From Squalus acanthias (lineage: Eukaryota): DNA of 64,000 bases. The DNA lies in NCBI GenBank assembly GCA_030390025.1, contig CM059432.1, positions 49,416,001 through 49,480,000 of the forward strand, read 5' to 3'. Made by a program: the position numbers and the translations under genes. Shown here piece after piece: positions 48,701-61,848 of the stretch; positions within the stretch are counted from its first letter, which is position 1, and the number at the start of each line of letters is the position of its first letter. The notes under the pieces were generated by a model. It was given only the letters and a program-made list of their open reading frames with translations. It ran no database searches and had not been told where the DNA came from.

Positions 48701-49419
48701 TTTCTTATCTTAGTTTGTAATTGGTCTTATTTCATCAAAGCACCTTTTTCCTAAGCATTTACAAATGTTATTTTAATACTGTTTTTATATAAAAGTAGTG
48801 AGCTGAAAGAATCGGTTTACACTTGGTTTGCAATTCAAAATGAACTTACATATAATGTATATTAAGTACATAAAATAAATAAATTAGGGTTTTTTCCCCC
48901 CAATGCTTTAGAAAGATGCTATTCAGCCTAGGGATTATGAGCAAGGAAAGATATAGAGCTAATTGAGCAGTTAAACTCTCTAGTTATGTGTCATGTGTAC
49001 CTTTATGTGCAAGCAGAGGCTAATACTGAAAAGCAGTAAAAGACAACATTTCCTAAACAAGGCACTGTGTGAACTGATTGTTATGATGCATGAATGATTG
49101 TATAAAAAGCATTTTAATGAGGTAATCTAGCAGTCTGTTGCTAAAAGCAATTTTTTTTCAAGTGTTTCACAATGAACCATCTTAGTTTTGTTAAATAATA
49201 TTTTTATTATTTATTCAATATTTTACATGTCTTTGTACATTTGTGTTGCCATTGTACATTTTGTTTACATGGTATTTGTAGCACACATTGGCAAACTAAA
49301 CATGTTGGTGTAGCTGTTTTCTATTGGATGCCAGACTATGTCCATTGAGGGCAATGGGATAATTTATTGACACTTAGGTACATGAGAACGTCTCCAAATT
49401 GTCTTAAGTGCTACTGGAA

Positions 49420-49860
49420 ATGGGAACCTATAGTTATGAGGAGAGATTTGAGACACTGGAACAATTTGAACTGGATGAGAGAAGGCCAAGAAAAATTTTA
49501 TTAGGAGGTTTCCAAAATTCTGAAAGGTTTTGATAATAGGAAAAGGCTATTTCCTCTGGTTGGGAAGTCAGCGATGAGTGGTCATCGATTTAAAATTGTC
49601 ACTAAAAAAGTGAGGAGAGGTTAGGAGGAATTTCTTTATGGAGAGAGTTGTTGGAGCATGGAATGCTTTGCCACAGGGAATGGTTGAGACAGAGATCACT
49701 GCATCTTTTAAGGGAAAAGCCAATAAATACTTAAAACAGAGAAAAATACAGAGCGATAGGGAAAGCACAGGGCAGTGTGATTAGTTTTTGACTGCTCTAG
49801 CAAAGAACAGACACAAAAACGATGTGTCAAATGGCCTCGGTCTATCTTGTAAATCTCTAG
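49420..49860 (+). mobile_element. Old CR1 3' fragment
   Basis: Decayed YEERF..LE...WNALPQ...SFKG coding remnant followed by a 3'UTR. Confidence 0.75.
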
Positions 49861-52800
49861 GGATACTTGGGTTGATTAGCTTCCCTTTGGGAACTTTTGA
49901 GTGAGTCTTTTGTTTTCCTACCCATCTAACATTAGTCTTTCTTCTTTTTGCACCAATGCTTTCAGTTTTTGATGTGGGGCGGCGAGAGGACAGATGGAAG
50001 AAGAAATCTCAAACTGCCTGGTGTTTGACCAGGTGGAGCAATGCTACACCCTATCCAACTGGTAAATATCCCATAGGTATTTCACCCACCTGTTTGTGGG
50101 AAAGGGGAAGAAGAGAGGCTTATTTGTTTTTTGCCCATGTGACCAGAGCAATAAACCAATTGATATTTGTAGTATGTTGTTTAACTGCTGCTACAAAGTG
50201 TTTAAGGATGGACTTAAACGAAACATTACGACATTAATCCATCGCAGGAAAAAATAGTTGGCATTCTAGGATGGCTACAATTAAGTTTCTGCAAAATATG
50301 ATGTAATATGAAATTACATGAATGCTATATATGCAAACTGTTGATGATTGACACTTAACAGAATTAAAGCAGTTGCTCAAACTATTTAAATAGTTATTCA
50401 TCAGCAGGTTTCAGATAGTTGCTTCCCTTTTTGATTAGTGCTCTGTGGCACTGTAATATAGGTAATCTATAAACAAGTTTAACAGTAAACAGAACCACAA
50501 GTAGGAAAGGGCATGGGCTCACACCCACAAAGGGAGTCACATGGCATTCTGCTAAGGAGACAGAGACATTACATGCAAGTCTAGGTGCTTTGTTCCTCAC
50601 AGAGAAGGAAAGAAAGTCCAGTTCTGAGCTGGTTTGACACAAATTATACCAACTGATTACTGGCCTGGGAACAGACTGCCGGTCTATGGGGAATAGTGCA
50701 TAGCCAACAGAAACCATGTAATAGGAAAGCAATGGAACGCGGGAAATACAAATGATTTTTAAAAATCAGCAGTGTTAATTTCTTAGTTTATGGTGTATGC
50801 AAGTTAAAGCTACGGACTGCACTGTAAACCACTGAATATTTTATTATGAAGGAACAAATATTATGAACTGACCATTATAAATTTCAGTGGTTCAACACGA
50901 TCGAGATGTCAGCAAGTGAAGAAGATTGATAGAAAATAGCAAAATTGTCTGTATGCATAAATACTGTTGCTTGACAGGTCATTAATGTGTGAAATAACAA
51001 AATGACCTCAAATTGAACCTTGGAAAATAACTAGTACCTCACACAGAGCAGATAATATTCCATTTAAAATTCCTTCCCCTTTAATACTTATTTGTAAGAG
51101 AGCCATCATCGTTAAGCCAGGAAGCTGTTATAGAATTAAAAACATTTTAAGCTTTAAGTTGACATTTTGAACAACAGTGTCAAATGTTTCATTAGGTCAC
51201 AAAATATTGAGTAAACCATAATCAAAGGTTAAGTATTCTGCATGTTTTCAATAAATTCTGAGGCTGTTAGAGTATGCAGATTCAATTCCAGAGTCACACT
51301 GGCTGATTGTGTGAAGTATCTTAAGAAAAAGCAAATACTCAATTAGGACAGTAATCAATGGGTTACTTTAACTAATATTTCAGAAACTCTTTATGATGTT
51401 CTAATTAACAGGAATGTGAGATTTTTATATCTGATATCATACTCAATGAATTATTGATCAACCAAAACTAGAAGAGGAAGTTAAACTGTAAAACAAAGTC
51501 TTCTGCCATGTTAATAGCAAAAAGGAAATCTGGCAACTACATATTATATCACATGACCAAGCAAGATTGCAGCATTGGTCCCAGAAAGATGCAGTCATGA
51601 ATTTATACTTTTATACAAATGGGGGAAACAAATGTGCCTGTGCCTCCAATATCACAGTATTAGAGCTTGCTTATGCTTTTGTTAAGAACACACAGAACAC
51701 ATATTCAATGAACAGACATTGGGGCAATTTTTAGGTTTTGCCCAAAACAGGCACACGGTGGGCGAGGTGGCTGTGTCGCCCACCTGATGATGTTTGTAGG
51801 AGGCACAAAACATTTTCAGGTCTGTGCCTCATTTCAATATGATGGATGAACGGTCAACGTGAATCACACTGGTCATTTGACAGCTTGGCCATGGAGGGGA
51901 GAGGGAATTCAGGCAGGAATTACGTCATTTAAAGCTGGCCTGCATTTCTTAGTGCAGTGTGGAGGTCCACTGAACGGGGTAGATCTTGACTTTGTGAGAT
52001 AGAGTAAAATGTGTGATAGCAAGTCAGCAGCCCGTTTTACATCTTTGCCAATTTTAAATTTTCATTGAACTAAATGAATAATACTCTTCCTTTTCTCTTG
52101 CATGATAAGCCAGCACACAATGCCAGGCAGATGACCTCCACTGGAGAGGAACCACCATCTTGCCAAGTCGTGACAGTAGCAGAAGTTGTTGCCAGGCATG
52201 TGAATAGAGGGCGAGCCAGAGCCAGAGCCATCGCAAATGGCGAAGCAGGAAGAAATGTGCCACAGGGTTCTTTGCCCTTTAAACCTCCTTCTTCCCTCAT
52301 CACTGAACTCTCCCCCTCACACAATCTGCATACGGTCTAGTGGTAAGACTTACCCCTGCCGTTCGCTAACATTTTCTCTCTCCTCTCTCTCCAGGTCCAA
52401 TGCAAGTCCCGGACCCACTGGCAATACAGAAAATGCACTGTCATTCACTCTCACCCTTGAAAGCACAGATTAGAAATTGGCACCCTCAAGATAGTGACTC
52501 GGAGGGGTTTGCACCAAGCACAATGTCAGCGGGAGGGGGGGTCGGAGGAGGAGGATAGCTCATGTTCTAGACTTGCTGTAGAGGCCAAGATGATGACTTC
52601 CAGGGTCCAGCCTAAAAGAGCTGAATTGTAGCTGTGCACCAGAAACTGTCAGATGTACTGGAGTGCCTGTCAGAGGTTTTTATGCATCATGGTGGACAGT
52701 GTAGAGGTGACCACTTCCTACTTGTATGTAGCACTCACATAGCCGAGGTACAACAGTTTGCAGCCGGGCCTTCTCAAGCCAAAGCTCCGAGGTGGCCGCC

Positions 52801-53150
52801 CACAGCCATCTCAAGCGCCCTCATCGGAGGCACAGCACCTTTCCACTTCCTAAGCTGTAGCCACTAGGAGAGCACCTTGTAGGAGCACAAGGGTAGGTAG
52901 AAGAGCACTTAAGACAGGCACTAGGGGATTGCATCAGGTGATCGTTAGTTTATTGATGTGTTAACACTTATTGTCAATTACAGTCTAACGGAATTCTTGG
53001 TGTGCACAGTAGGTTTGGTAAGTATTTGTTGACCAAGCAATACGATTTGACTGAAAGACCCAATGCCATGTCTGGGTTGAGTACAGTCCTAATGATAGTG
53101 GAAGGACTGGGACTGATATTGGGAAGGACTATTGGTGCTGGGAATAGTAG

Positions 53151-55009
53151 TTAGCCGAAGTGATCCTTGAGGAACCGCTGTCGAAGAGCTCTTACAGCTG
53201 ACAGGAAATGTAGGCCTTGCTCTTCTTCGCAATCCTGTGTCTTCCTGTTCATGCTGCTCTGCCTCCATGTCTTCCTCCGCAGGTGGCTCAATGGGTTGGC
53301 CCCTCTGCTTGGCAAAGTTGTGAAGCATGCAGCAGACAATGTCAATCTTAGACTCTCTGGGTACTGTACTGCAGGATACCTCTAGACTTATCCAGGCAGC
53401 GAAAGCATCGCTTGACGATGCCAATGGTTTGTTCTATCAGAGTTCTGGTAGAGACATGGCTCTGATTATCTCATCTCTCCATCTGTGCTTCAATTCTTGA
53501 TAGATATCATGAACCACATCTGCAGAGCATAACCCTCGTCTCCAAGTAGCCAGCTTCTGACCAGATGGTCTAGGTGAAAGAAAAGGGGAATTGATAACTG
53601 GTGCAGGATGAAGGCATCATGATACATGGTACAGATCTGCATGATGCACTGCCTGTCATTGAACACCAGCTCCATTTTCAGCGAGTGGAAGTCTTCCTGT
53701 TGATGCGTACTGCAGGTTCTTCCATTGGAGTGCACAATACTGGGACAAAAATTCGGCCCTTGCCGGGTGAGTACGCACTGTGTACTCACCCGTAAGGCGT
53801 CCTGAAGTGCCGGTTTCCTGCATGCGCGGGAAACCGGAACTTCCGGTCTGGTGAAGGGGGCAGTTCATAGGTGAACCGCGTGCGCGGTAGAGGCTGCGCG
53901 CATGCAGCAAACTTAGGTTTTTTTTCTGGTTTCTACGGGAGGGTAAGTATTGAAGAACCTGCGCTTTTAAAAGAAGGCGCAGGACCCGTTTTCAACAAGG
54001 TAAGTGGTTAATTAATTATAATTTAAACATTTTTTCAACAGGTTTATCTTTTTTAGATACTTTAAAGAAAGGTAAGTTTATTTTTAGCACTCTTAAAAAG
54101 TAGTTTAATTTTTTCAAAAATTTAAATTTTTGTTTAAAGTAGTTAATTTATTTAACTTATAGTTATTTTATAAATGTGATGGTTTTTTTAAATTTATTTT
54201 AAGTTTAGCTGTTCTTTTGGGGCAGATTTCAATTCATAGATTTGACAGGTCCTGTCAAATCTATGAATGAAAGATGGTCTGCTGCCATTGGCTCTCCATG
54301 GCCCACGTGATCCCAGGGGACGCATCGCACTAACTACGCCCCTGGGACACGCAAGCACTGCACACCGGCACTTGGAGCAGGCCCAGGAGCTGAAGTTCCC
54401 GTGGGCCCAGAGGTCAACGGCAGGCGCGGTAGGTAAGTGCACGCGCGATCCTTACCCCCGCGACAAGCCGGAGAGGCGAATTTCAGGGCCACTATGTTTG
54501 TGCAGTCAATGATGCCCTGCACCAGGAGAAAGTTCAGAGACATGTCTTCCTGCATCGTGACTTTTATACGAAAGGAGATGAAGTCATTGGCTCTGGCGAA
54601 GAGCACGTCAATCACCTGCTTGATGCTGGTATGCATAGCATAGCTGATTGACTAATGTTGCAAATGTCACCTGCTGCAGTCTGAAACGACCCCAAGGCAT
54701 AAAAAGTCAGGGCCACGGTGACTTTCAGAGCTATAGGCAAGGGCGAGTGTGACCTGGTGCTGGTTGCAGTTGGTGCTGCAGCATGTGCCATAGCTCTGCA
54801 ATGGCCTCCCTGGTAAAGTAGAGCCTCCTCGCACAATGCTCCTCCCTGAATTGCAGGTATGAAGTTCTTGAAATGTATACTCTAGTGGGGCAAGGCTTCC
54901 TGTGAGCTTCCCTCCTTCTGCCTCTTCTCACTGCAGCTGCACATCTCTGGACTCTTGCCTGCTGCTCCTCATCCTCCTCTTCCAGCCACAACAGCATCCC
55001 AATCACCAA
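53151..55009 (-). pseudogene. Harbinger DDE transposase, decayed and split by a MITE
   Basis: ALTFYALGSFQ, VQGIIDCTNIV, FHSL, HDAFIL, WLLGDEGYAL and CCMLHN. Confidence 0.88.
53742..54490. mobile_element. MITE inserted in the Harbinger transposase, ACT TSD
   Basis: Termini gggacaaaaattcg / cgaatttcagggcc; ACT at 53739-53741 and 54491-54493; removing it restores the in-frame DCTNIVLCTP. Confidence 0.85.
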
Positions 55010-56163
55010 ATCATCAAATCATAAAGCCAACCAGAGCTTGCAAAAGCCCCTGGTAAAAATTCCACCTTAGGCTCAGCCAGATAACTTTTTTCAGTTTTAT
55101 GTCAGCTCTAGCAGCCAACATAGCAAAACATCAAAAGCAGCAAGCTAGCAGTCAAAATGAACAAACCAGCGATTTACCAGAGAGCAGCTAATGATCCTGT
55201 TAAATAACACTGGAAATGGCACCCTCCCTATTGTTCCTGCCTATGATTTGTGTGTCTATTATAGAACTGAGAAATAGGAAGCTGGATCTGTTTAAAAATG
55301 GCATTTGGTTTCTTAAGCAAGTGCAGGACCCTCATTTGCATTATTAAATAGGCAACGTCAAATTTCAGGCAGGTTTGGCGGATGCTTAAAAGGCCCAACC
55401 GAAAATGCCACCGAGCGCACTTCTAGCATGGAACAAGCAGGCAAGTTGGAGACTCGATTTTCTGGGTTCTAGCACCCATTTTATCAATGTAAAACAGATG
55501 GGCACCCGTTGAAAATGGCCCTCATTATGTCTAAGCAGGCTGAGGGGTTCCTAAACAGAACTTTTAGTTTGAAATGCCGAACTGCATTTCAGATTCCTTC
55601 ACCAATTTTTCCTGTACCACATCATCCATAGTTTTACACTGTTAACAATGCTTGAATTTTTTGAAACTGCACTCACCTCACACCTTATCACTTATCAGCT
55701 AACTCCTAATGCATCGAAGTGTGGCAAATTTAGAAACATCCAAACAAGTACAAATTTGACAAACTTTTATTTGAAAACTACGTCAGAGGTCATAGCCAAA
55801 CAGAAGGTATATAATGTTAATTTGCATAGGCCGCATACTCTTTAAAGCAAAACAATCAATTTAAGTGCGATCTATATGCATATTAACTTTTCCACCAGGG
55901 TGCTCAAGTTTGGTGTGCAGCATAAACACAAAGGTGGTCCACATGAACATCAATACAACAATCCATGCTCACCACCCCCCTGAACCCAAGAGTATTTGCA
56001 ACATTTCCAAGAAACCTAATTATTTGCAACAGCTAGCCAGAATTACAGCTTATCCAGAATGCCTTCTCTTCGGAAATGAATTTTAGCAATGTTAATTACA
56101 CAGGTGAAATGCTCTTCACCTCTCTCTCTGTTAGATGTTCTTTTACTTTAAGAAAAATATAAT

Positions 56164-56931
56164 GGTCTGGAATTTGCTGGGGGCAATAACAGCGAACGAA
56201 CAGTGTTCGCTGTTACTACCGCTTTGAAACTGATCGCAACTTCAGGATGTAGCGCATGCGCATTCTAACACAGAAATACTGAAGCTGCAGTCAGTCATTC
56301 ACTGCTCCGACACTGGCTGCACTGTGGCACCACCCCGCCCCCACAGCCGGCAATCAGTGTAATCTGTAAAAATCAGGAAAACTGACGAAAACTTCAGCTC
56401 TTCCGCGGTAATATCACTGTTAAATACCCCATTAAAAGTTAGATCTTTTTGGATTAGGTGTAACTGGGGTTTTAACAGCATATCGACTGCTAAACAAACG
56501 TCATGGCCCTGAAAAACGAATTCTAATTTTGTGGCGTGTCAAATTTATCCAATTTAATAAAATTAAAACTTTTAAGAAACTTTAAAATGTTTTTTTTTAA
56601 TTTTTTAAAATGTTTGTTCATCTTTATTTCTGGCTTACCTTTTCCCCATGTGAGTGCCTCAATCTTTGTTTTGCTCTCTAACATTTTTAAAAAGTTAGAA
56701 TCAAAGGAGCTTACTCACTTCCTGGTTCTCTGTCTGTGAGAATTCTGCATTGTGATTGGCTGCTTAGACAGCAGCTCACGCTATGGGATTCCCACTAAAC
56801 TACGTGGATTTCAACTGCACGTCGGATAAGCCAAACTTCTCACCACAGAGATCGCGAGATCTTTGTGGGAAGCTTAATTCGGGGCCAGCAGTGAACGTCT
56901 TTGCTTCGCCGCTGACCGCAAATTACAGGCC
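56164..56931 (+). mobile_element. Harbinger-type MITE
   Basis: TIRs ggtctggaatttgc / gcaaattacaggcc; AT-rich core; second copy at 31510-33548. Confidence 0.8.
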
Positions 56932-58602
56932 TATAAATAAAGGTTTTATTTAAGACTGATCTTTTAGTGTAGTAGCCTTTTCACAAAGCCACGTAAAGCA
57001 CATTTCCCATTACTGTCCACCAGTAATTTAAACCAAATAGAACAATTTTATGCATTAGCATCAATATCACTGCTATTGGGAGTTTGGAGCAACTGGTCTT
57101 CATAACATGGACTGCATTATTCAGACATATGTTTGCAAGACTTTTCTCTATATAAATGGGCATACCATATGTTCACGTCAACCATGTGATATACAACAAA
57201 AGTTGCCCTGGCAACCATATCAACAGAATTAAACTAACCAATCAATATAGTCCTTGCATTCACAGGTGCTTTTTCCCTGCTTTGAAAGCAAATCACATCT
57301 TTCTAAAGTTGCAGTTTAAGGTGAAAGTATAACTTCAGTCCAGTGCTGATCACACTCTGGAATATAGCAATGTGTGGTCTTTTCACACCTTATTTGGCTT
57401 ATCATATGGAGTGTAACTGCAGTGCTGTGTCAAACTAGGTTTAAAAATTGCTCTGGCGATGTATTTGATCTCCTGAGCACTTTATACCCTTAAGCAGAGC
57501 CTCACCTCAATATTTTAAGAAAGCAGACAATCCTATCTGCACTCTCAAAACATTAACATAGCTAGTTGCACAGCTCTAAGCACGTGCATAAGCATGTACC
57601 TATTAGTTTCAAATTGATGGTGCACTGCAGCATTAAACCTAAAATATAAGCAAAACTCATCACTACAGGGCACCTTAATCCCTATTAGGTATGACATTAA
57701 CAGACATATTCTGAGCTCTAAAGGCACAGACACGATAGGTCAAATGGCCTCCTTCAGTGCCGTAAATTTCTATGATTCTAAATTTCTATGATTCTAATTA
57801 TGTAATTATTTGTTTTTGTTTCTATTGATACTCATGTTACAAAAACCAAGTATAATGGACTTTGTTACATAGAGTATTTATCCAATGGGAGAACCAAATA
57901 TCGTAACATATTTCTTTGTCCCTTAGACTTTGATAACTATCAGTCAACAGATTGCTGAGGTATATTCTTTATTTTCTACCTCATCTCTACACAGGTTAGC
58001 ATATTTGAGTTCTGTCAAATGCCCTTACTTCTGTTGTCTTTCCATTCTTAAGTGATGCAAAGCATAATCAGATCTTAACCTCTACTGCAAGACAGATGAT
58101 TTATCTCACCAGACATAATCGCACTATTATTGCCACAGGCAACATAACTTGTCCAACAATAGCATGCTTCTTTTTAATATTGAAAAATCTATTCTAATAA
58201 TTAGACCCTGTCAATCCTTCTGGGCTTTGTCTGGCTGAAAAACTGAGCTTTGGAGTTTTTTTTAAGTTAACTGATAAGCTAATTCTAGGTCACAACAACT
58301 CCAAAATGGGTCATGGAAGCTAGGAAACAGACTAAAACACACAAGGAAAGCATTTTACATCTTTGAGATAAAATATAGAAAAGCTACATTTGTTTACTAA
58401 ACACAAAAGTTAAAATAATAAAGAGCAATAATAAAAGGGATGGGGAAGCAGAGAATGGGGTAGAAAGAATAGCAAGAAAAAGGGAGGACAGGACAAGGGT
58501 AAACTTTCCATTTTGATTTAAAAAATTGTATTTTAAGTTTTAACCCCTATACTGCAAATATAGAAACCTAAAATATTATTTTAAATACCATCAGAAGTAT
58601 TT

Positions 58603-58700
58603 TTTGACAAAAGGTCATCGATCTTAAACGTTTAACTGTTTCTCTCCCCACAGATGCTGCCCAACCCAGAGTATTTCCAGCATTTTCTGTTTTTATTATT
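58603..58700 (+). mobile_element. Degenerate Penelope-type pLTR with an inactivated hammerhead
   Basis: ttgacaaaaggtcatcgatcttaaacgtttaactg...cacagatgctgcc...tttccagcattttctgttttta is homologous to 61755-61848. Confidence 0.7.
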
Positions 58701-59404
58701 GTTTGAGTAGCTTTATTACTGTCGTCCTAGGTTTTGCTTTAGCATTACAGCTGTGAGCTAAAACTTTACAAATGGCCATCCCAGGAAGCCTTACAATTCC
58801 TGGACCTGCTGGCAGTCACATGGTTCAAATATAGGTAAAAATACTGCCCACTCCTTCAAGCGCAGGGCCTCATTAACAAAAACAAGGTGAGCAGCAGCAT
58901 CGCCCAAACATCCATCCCAATGCAACTCGCTGGCTCCAGGCCAGGAGAAAGGTAGCTCTTCTGTGGGAGCAGGCGTCAGGGGGTGTTGTAATCCCAGGGT
59001 GACAGAGACACACGTTTTTCTTGTAGAACACTCCTGCTTCTCCTGGCCTCTTCTGCTGTATGGCTAGCTTTTACTGCGAACACTGCACTCTGGAAGCAGG
59101 TCAAATAGCATCAGGGTCCTATCTACATCATAGCACCCCTATTTGCATAGATTAATGAAGCTTCGTCTGATTCTGACAGGCACTTTGGTCATCCAGCGGT
59201 AGTCCCCAGAAAAAATGGCTGCAGAGCGGGAATGGGATGATAAGTCCCACACCTCCATTTTAACTCTGCTACCATTCCATTTCCGCCGGGCCAAATCTCA
59301 CCCAGTGTTCCATTATACCTGTAGACCAGACAACTACCTCCCCCATGTTCTGCCCCCAGGTATTGGAACAGAATGAAACACAAATTATCAATATTTACTC
59401 CGTT

Positions 59405-61089
59405 ATGAACCAGCCACCACGCGCCTTTCCCCGATGTCGGGTCTGTCAGCGCTGAGCAGACCCAACAGGCAGTGGCAGGTTCACAGTGGGGGACCCAATT
59501 CTGGCAATTAGTGGCTTGTTTAGAGCCACTTAAGAATGAATTTCAGCTCACCTGCATTTGACAGCTCGCCCACGGGGTCCACACTGGTTGTGGACCATGC
59601 CTGTCAAGCTGAGGCGGGAGTTCAATAGCCATTGAATCAGCTGTTGAGTTGACAGCTTCTAATGTACAGTAAAAGTACAGTAAAAGCTCCCACCTTAGAG
59701 ATATCTTCCCTCAGCCACAAACTCTTCCTCACTGCATTTCCGAAACAGATTCACCATGCTGCAAGTCTTTACACAAGTCTCCATCCAATCTGACCTCATT
59801 ACCTCTCCCACCATTGACAGATCGCTTCTGTCATCTCTACTTCACCTGCCATCTATTCCATCAGCATGGGTGCCCTTTATACTCTCTCACCTTGGTCCTC
59901 AGAATCCCACCACGATCAGCCCCAACACCAGCAGCACCGACAACAACAAAACCACCAACCTTCTCTGCAATCACCTAATGCTGCACAGGACACAGGGCAT
60001 CAGCACCCGACCACATTGCTGTCTGGGAGGCCAGGGATGGCCTCACCATGGCCAGATTTACTTCACTTGATGCTGTACACCCTGGCTGCCACATGATGCT
60101 CCAGGTTGGCACCACCCCACACCAACACCATAAAGCATCCCTACAATGCAAAAGCAATTCCTTTCACACTCATCACCATTGCAGGGGGTACCGTTATGTC
60201 TCACCATTCACTGCAACTCACTAAGCCACTTCCAAAGGTGCACACAAATCTGTGCAAGAACGCAAAGTGTTGAAAATAAAGGTTTCAATGTTTGACACCA
60301 CATTAACAGAAACTTTACATGAACATTGCATAAAACACCCAAGTGCCTACTCTTGTGTGTTGTTAGTTGGTATTATTGCACTAACATGAGGGTGAGTGTG
60401 AGGGGTGGCTAGTGAGATGGGGATGTGATAATATAGATAGAGAGCGATGGGTGGAGGTGCAAGGTAAGTTGGTGTGAGCAAGGATGTGCAGGATTAGGGT
60501 AGGGAAGGCAGAGTGATGGAGATGTGATGAAAGGCACAACAGCATGAGGTTAAGTGTAGCTTTGTACTAACGTTTCATGATCTACTGAGATCATTAAAAT
60601 GTTTGCGCCACTGCAGCCAGGTCCTCCTGACCACATCCCTGCTTGTGCCCACCTGTGCAATGTGCAACTAGGCTGTGTTGATCTCCTGGGGAGGTCTCTC
60701 CACCCATGGGAAGGGAAGAGGACCTCCCTGCATGCTGTGACTCCCTCCATAAGTATTGGGAGGAGTCATGGGAGAGCCTGGGTGCAGCCCTGTGCCTCTG
60801 TGCAGTGCTTGCCAGTGTTTGCAGCACCTCAATGCTGTAGAATACTGACAGCACAAATGTCAAAATAAAGTTGGCCATGGTCCTATAAGGAAACCGGCTG
60901 ATGACGCACCATCAAATGAAGTCACCAGACCCGCTTCCTCTAATTGGCCCGTGAAATGCACTGAGCAGGCTTAACAAGCCCCATCAACGTAAAGTTATTT
61001 CAGAGGCTGGGATGGAGACAGCAGCGAGGTTGGGACCCGCCATCGACGTAGCCCGCCATAGACCCGCCGAGGTCAGCAAAATCGTAGCT
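59405..61089 (+). mobile_element. Internally deleted Harbinger
   Basis: Transposase N-terminus MGALYTLSPWSSES at 59866 (+); Myb exon 1 on - at about 60570-60800 (RAAPRLSHDS, REVLFP, RRTWLQWRKHFNDL); right TIR gcaaaatcgtagc; left terminus not clear. Confidence 0.8.
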
Positions 61090-61099
61090 ATTGTGTTTG

Positions 61100-61500
61100 T
61101 GTTTTTTTGTTAATGATTCCTTTGTGCTCACAACGGTAACTGCTAGGGAAAGGAACACTTTCCATTTTGAGCAACCATTATCAGCATCTAGCATTCCCAC
61201 ATCAAGGTTTAGATGCAGAGTAAAGCACCCTCTACTCTGCCTAACAATGTGCCTCAGTCACAGTCTCAGTGTAACAGCACTACTGCACTAGGGTGACATT
61301 TTCCATTTCCCTCACAATTCGTAATTTACTGCCAAATTAGGTAATGTTTTGTGTTGTGAGCCCATGCTCATTAGGAAATGAACTAAGCCTCCCCAAGTCA
61401 TTTCATATTGGAATGTTACAAGCTGCTGACAGAGGAGACTTTTATCTCTTCAGCCTGGGCTCGATTTGAACTCTGGTCCAAGAGGTGATATGCTAATCTA
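61100..61500 (-). mobile_element. Old tRNA-derived SINE-like element
   Basis: B-box-like gagttcaaatcgagccc on the minus strand near 61457-61473; body shared with 3918-4010. Confidence 0.5.
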
Positions 61501-61621
61501 TAACCCACTGAATTCCCCCCCCCACCCCCTATTTGTTATTATATCCCATTTTAACTTTTTTGACCTTTCTAGTACAATGTTCTTTATGTCTCTAACTTGA
61601 CCCAAGACTCCTTTTATTATA

Positions 61622-61848
61622 CGATAGCAAAATACTGCGGATGCTGGAAATCTGAAATAACAACAGAAAACGCTGGAAAAACTCAGCAGGCCAGGCAGCA
61701 TCCGTGGAGAGAGAAAGAGAGTTAACGTTTCAGGTCGATGATCTTTCGTCAGTTCTGACGAAAGGTCATCAACCTGAAACGTTAACTCTCTTTCTCTCTC
61801 CACGGATGCTGCCTGGCCTGCTGAGTTTTTCCAGCGTTTTCTGTTGTT
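61622..61848. mobile_element. Palindromic (inverted) Penelope-type pLTR insertion with a 15-bp TSD
   Basis: TSD actccttttattata at 61607-61621 and 61849-61863; arms 61622-61752 and 61755-61848 are inverted copies around tttcgtcag-tt-ctgacgaaa. Confidence 0.92.
61751..61787 (+). ncRNA. Minimal type I hammerhead ribozyme
   Basis: AGUU CUGACGA A AGGU CAUCA ACCU GAAA CG UU AACU: core boxes intact, stem I AGUU/AACU, putative GUU cleavage triplet at 61781-61783. Confidence 0.8.

Larger units (their letters stand above)
51721..55523 (-). mobile_element. Old PIF/Harbinger transposon with ATT TSD
   Basis: Termini ggggcaattttta / tgaaaatggccctc; ATT at 51718-51720 and 55524-55526; Myb-partner remnants on + (about 52010-52900: KSAARF, AHNARQMTSTGEEPP) and a transposase on -. 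Confidence 0.75.
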
